Source: Candidatus Altarchaeum sp. (GTDB lineage: Archaea; Altiarchaeota; Altiarchaeia; Altiarchaeales; Altiarchaeaceae). Taken from it: 28,102 nt of DNA. Location of the stretch: contig JAGWDQ010000113.1 in assembly GCA_018260615.1 (NCBI GenBank), positions 1 through 28,102 on the forward strand, given 5' to 3'. The notes under the pieces are model-generated. The model saw only the letters and a program-made list of their open reading frames with translations, searched no databases and was not told the DNA's origin. A program made the position numbers and the translations under genes. Below are positions 25,317 to 28,102 of this stretch, in pieces. Each line of letters opens with the position of its first letter. Position 1 is the stretch's first letter.

Positions 25317-25375
25317 GATTGTAATATAAATTGTAATATAATTTTTAAATTTAAATTTTATACACTTAAATTAAA

Positions 25376-25684
25376 ATGATAGGCAGGATTGTAAATTTTA
25401 GGATGGGAAGGAGAACACAGCATACAAATCAGATGGTATTGGAATTGAACGATGAAATTTCATCAAAGAAGGAAAATTTAGTGAAGTTAATGGGCAAAAA
25501 AGTAACCTACAAAGCAAAGACACATGATATTATCGGAAAAATTACAAGAACGCACGGAAAAAGAGGTGTTGTGGCGAGATTTAACAGAGGTATGCCGGGA
25601 CAGGCAATAGGCGGTGTCGTTGAGATTGCTGCAGATGTATCTCTAAATCCACAGCCGGAACCCCCAAAGGAGGATAAGGAATGA
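25376..25684 (+). CDS. rpl35ae: 50S ribosomal protein L35Ae (eL33) with C-terminal extension
   Basis: G.IVNFRMGRRTQHTNQM, GKITRTHGKRGVVARF.RGMPGQAIG; archaeal/eukaryotic r-protein. Confidence 0.9.
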   Translation: MIGRIVNFRMGRRTQHTNQMVLELNDEISSKKENLVKLMGKKVTYKAKTHDIIGKITRTHGKRGVVARFNRGMPGQAIGGVVEIAADVSLNPQPEPPKEDKE

Positions 25685-25766
25685 AAGGGCTGATGGGTTG
25701 TGAGATTACCAAAAAGGTTTTGTTCGTAAAATTTATGTTATAAAAATTTTTGTTTTCTTATTTTAG

Positions 25767-26897
25767 ATGGCTTTTAAAATTGCCTTAATTCCGGGAGACG
25801 GAATCGGGAAAGAAGTAATGGCAGAAGGAAAGAAGGTTGTTGATGTTGTAAGCGAGAAATTTAATTTTGAAATTTCATGGAATGAGTATGATTTCGGAGC
25901 GGAAAGATATTTAAAAGAAGGGAAAACGCTTACAGAGGACGACTTAAAGGAATTAAGCAAAAACAAATCAATTTATTTTAGTGCCATCGGTGATCCCCGG
26001 GTAAAGCCGGGAATTCTTGAAAAAGGTGTTTTACTCGCAATGAGGTTTTACTTTGACGAATATATAAATTTAAGACCGATAAAATTTTTTGAAGGCGTGC
26101 GGGAAGTTTTAGCGAATAAAACCGCAAAGGATATAAATTTTTATGCAGTCAGGGAAAATACAGAGGATTTTTATGTCGGAATCGGAAGTAATGAGGCAAA
26201 GAAAAGGTCTAAAGATGAATTTGAAATTTTGAGAACACTTTACAGCGTTAAATTTAATCTGGATATTGAAAGCGATAGAGATGAGATTGCTTATCAAATC
26301 GGAATTTTGAGCAAAAAGGGCTGTGAAAGAATTATAAGGTATGCCTTTGAACTCGCAAAGAGAAAAAATTACGACTTGGTAACAAGTGTTGATAAAGCAA
26401 ATGTGCTGAATTTTTATGCCGTCTGGAGAAAGGCGTTTGATGAAATTTCAAAGGAATATATAAAAGATGGAATTAAGAGCGAATATCTTTATGTTGATGC
26501 TGCTGCGATGTTTTTTGTTTTAAAGCCGGAAAGATTTAAAGTTCTTGCCATTCCGAATATGTTCGGGGATATTCTTACTGACCTGGGTGCAGGAATTTGC
26601 GGAGGATTAGGGACTGCTGCAAGCGGAAATATTAATCCGAATGGAATAAGTATGTTTGAACCAATTCACGGAAGTGCTCCGGATATTGCCGGAAAAGGTA
26701 TTGCAAATCCGGTTGGTCAGATTTTGGCAGGTGCAATGATGCTTGACGAATTAAAGAAAAGCGATGCGGCAAATATGATAATAAAAGCGGTTGAGGATGT
26801 CTTAAGGGAAGGTAAAGTTAGAACACCTGATTTGGGAGGAAATGCAAAAACGATGGATGTTGGAAATGAAATTGTGAGAAAGATAAAGGAAATGTGA
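25767..26897 (+). CDS. leuB: 3-isopropylmalate dehydrogenase (isocitrate/isopropylmalate dehydrogenase family)
   Basis: IPGDGIGKEV, AIGDPRVKPG, YINLRP, VRENTED, VDKANV, PNMFGDILTDL, FEPIHGSAPDIAGKGIANP and RTPDLGG. Confidence 0.85.
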   Translation: MAFKIALIPGDGIGKEVMAEGKKVVDVVSEKFNFEISWNEYDFGAERYLKEGKTLTEDDLKELSKNKSIYFSAIGDPRVKPGILEKGVLLAMRFYFDEYINLRPIKFFEGVREVLANKTAKDINFYAVRENTEDFYVGIGSNEAKKRSKDEFEILRTLYSVKFNLDIESDRDEIAYQIGILSKKGCERIIRYAFELAKRKNYDLVTSVDKANVLNFYAVWRKAFDEISKEYIKDGIKSEYLYVDAAAMFFVLKPERFKVLAIPNMFGDILTDLGAGICGGLGTAASGNINPNGISMFEPIHGSAPDIAGKGIANPVGQILAGAMMLDELKKSDAANMIIKAVEDVLREGKVRTPDLGGNAKTMDVGNEIVRKIKEM

Positions 26898-26907
26898 TTA
26901 AAATAAA

Positions 26908-27028
26908 TTAAAAAAATCAGAAGAATACTCACACAAAGCCACAAAGTCACAGAGCAACATTGCCCTTTGTGTCTCCGTGTCTTGGTGTGAGAGAACAATA
27001 AAACGAACTTTCCTGTACGATAAAAAAT
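26908..27028 (+). repeat. Module D dispersed repeat
   Basis: First 43 nt identical to the 13566-13608 copy. Shares CCTTTGTGTCTCCGTGT and ATAAAACGAACTTTCC(C/T)GTACGATAAAAAAT. Confidence 0.92.
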
Positions 27029-27218
27029 TATGGCTTAAAAGGCAGAAAAAATTTATTGCCTAATACAAAAAATGGAACCGGAAAGACATATCTAATAAAC
27101 GCTATTGCTAATGGTAGGGGTTTTGAAATTTTAAATAATGACCAGGAAAACGCATTACCTGTTATTTTCAAATCTCAAAGATTTTTAAATATCAGAATGG
27201 TAATGAGGTTATTTAAAA

Positions 27219-28043
27219 ATGACTAAAATCAGTGTAAAGGGAACAGAAATATCTGTAATAAGTGTAGAAGATGAGGATTATATATCAATAACTGATATGC
27301 TTAAAGCAAAAGACGGGGATTTTTTTATATCGGACTGGCTTAGAAACAGGAATACCGTTGAATTTTTAGGTGTGTGGGAAAAGATATATGATCCTGATTT
27401 TAATTATGGCGAATATGCCATAATTAGAAGCAAATCCGGATTAAATAACTACAAAATAAGTGTTAAAGAATGGGTTGAAAAAACAAATGCAATCGGTTTA
27501 AAAGCAACTGCCGGGCGTTATGGCGGGACTTATGCACACAAAGATATTGCTTTTGAGTTTGGTATGTGGATAAGTGCCGAATTTAAAATATATCTCATTA
27601 AAGAATTTCAACGACTAAAAGAACAGGAACACGAACAATTTGGCTGGGATATCAAAAGAAATCTTGCAAAAATCAATTATAAAATACATACGGATGCAAT
27701 AAAAGAAAATCTGATTCCCAAAGAATTAACCCGACAACAAATAAATCAAATTTATGCAAATGAAGCGGATATATTAAATATGGCTTTGTTTGGAATGACT
27801 GCAAAGGAATGGAGAGATTTAAATCCCAACCAAAAAGGAAATATCAGAGATTATGCAAATGTCTCTCAGTTAGTATGCTTATCTAATTTAGAAAATTTAA
27901 ATGCTTTATTTGTTAATGAAAATTTATCACAGGATAAACGACTAATAAAACTAAACCAAATTGCAATACAACAGATGAAATTATTAACCGAAAATATGAC
28001 TCTGAAAAAATTATCTTATCAAAATAATAAAAAATTTAAATAA
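27219..28043 (+). CDS. KilA-N domain DNA-binding protein (bacterial-type)
   Basis: DYISITDM, DWLRNRNTVEFLGVWE, GRYGGTYAHKDIAFEFGMWIS.EFK.YLIKEFQRLKE and R.LAKINYKIHTDAIK. Confidence 0.9.
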   Translation: MTKISVKGTEISVISVEDEDYISITDMLKAKDGDFFISDWLRNRNTVEFLGVWEKIYDPDFNYGEYAIIRSKSGLNNYKISVKEWVEKTNAIGLKATAGRYGGTYAHKDIAFEFGMWISAEFKIYLIKEFQRLKEQEHEQFGWDIKRNLAKINYKIHTDAIKENLIPKELTRQQINQIYANEADILNMALFGMTAKEWRDLNPNQKGNIRDYANVSQLVCLSNLENLNALFVNENLSQDKRLIKLNQIAIQQMKLLTENMTLKKLSYQNNKKFK

Positions 28044-28102
28044 TTAGAACCTTTATGTCGGGATTATTCCGTGAATCGTGCATTTTTACTTAACTCGGAG
28101 TG

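Noticed and set aside
1391-26297. Remaining short ORFs overlapping confident genes (e.g. 1391..1732, 9597..9974, 12232..12762, 19761..20213, 22311..22751)
   Set aside because: Antisense or off-frame shadows with no domain signal.
26170-26300. Extra segment in LeuB after VRENTEDFY
   Set aside because: This loop varies in length within the family as far as I recall; novelty cannot be judged without an alignment.
13452-26998. ORFs 13452..13649, 18221..18424 and 26717..26998
   Set aside because: They read through repeat modules A and D (shared LWLCVSILLIFL and TRRHK/TETQR strings), so they are artefacts of the repeats.
1-28102. tRNA, rRNA, integrase or transposase genes
   Set aside because: No T-loop/cloverleaf, rRNA-like GC-rich segment, or recombinase/transposase motif was found by eye on either strand.

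Overview
A 28 kb, strongly AT-rich archaeal chromosomal window. Archaeal markers are secE-spt5-rpl11, rpl35ae, a thermosome subunit, rtcA, DUF763 and DUF2070. The composition, Ni/CooC genes and bacterial-type accessory genes suggest a Ca. Altiarchaeum-like organism, but this is inference. Housekeeping and cofactor genes (nadA, acr3, cbiM/N/Q plus cooC, phosphohexomutase, mobB, moaC, thiC-family, leuB) are interleaved with single accessory or defence-type genes: a TIR-TPR gene missed by the ORF track, Fic, TPR, an ATPase-PD-(D/E)XK nuclease, a type II R-M pair and KilA-N. No tRNA, rRNA, CRISPR array, integrase or transposase is visible. The most unusual signals are non-coding. (1) A modular family of short palindromic repeats (modules A, B, C, D and short hairpins) is assembled into different mosaics in six intergenic regions, usually beside accessory genes. 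(2) Two accessory inserts are bracketed by diverged duplicates of the neighbouring gene end (DUF763 5' end, thiC 3' end). (3) A 101-bp TIR element with an 8-bp target duplication supplies the thiC stop codon, and the duplicated thiC relic carries what looks like its empty or excised site. (4) mobB is split by a -1 frame change at an in-frame A_AAA_AAC heptamer.
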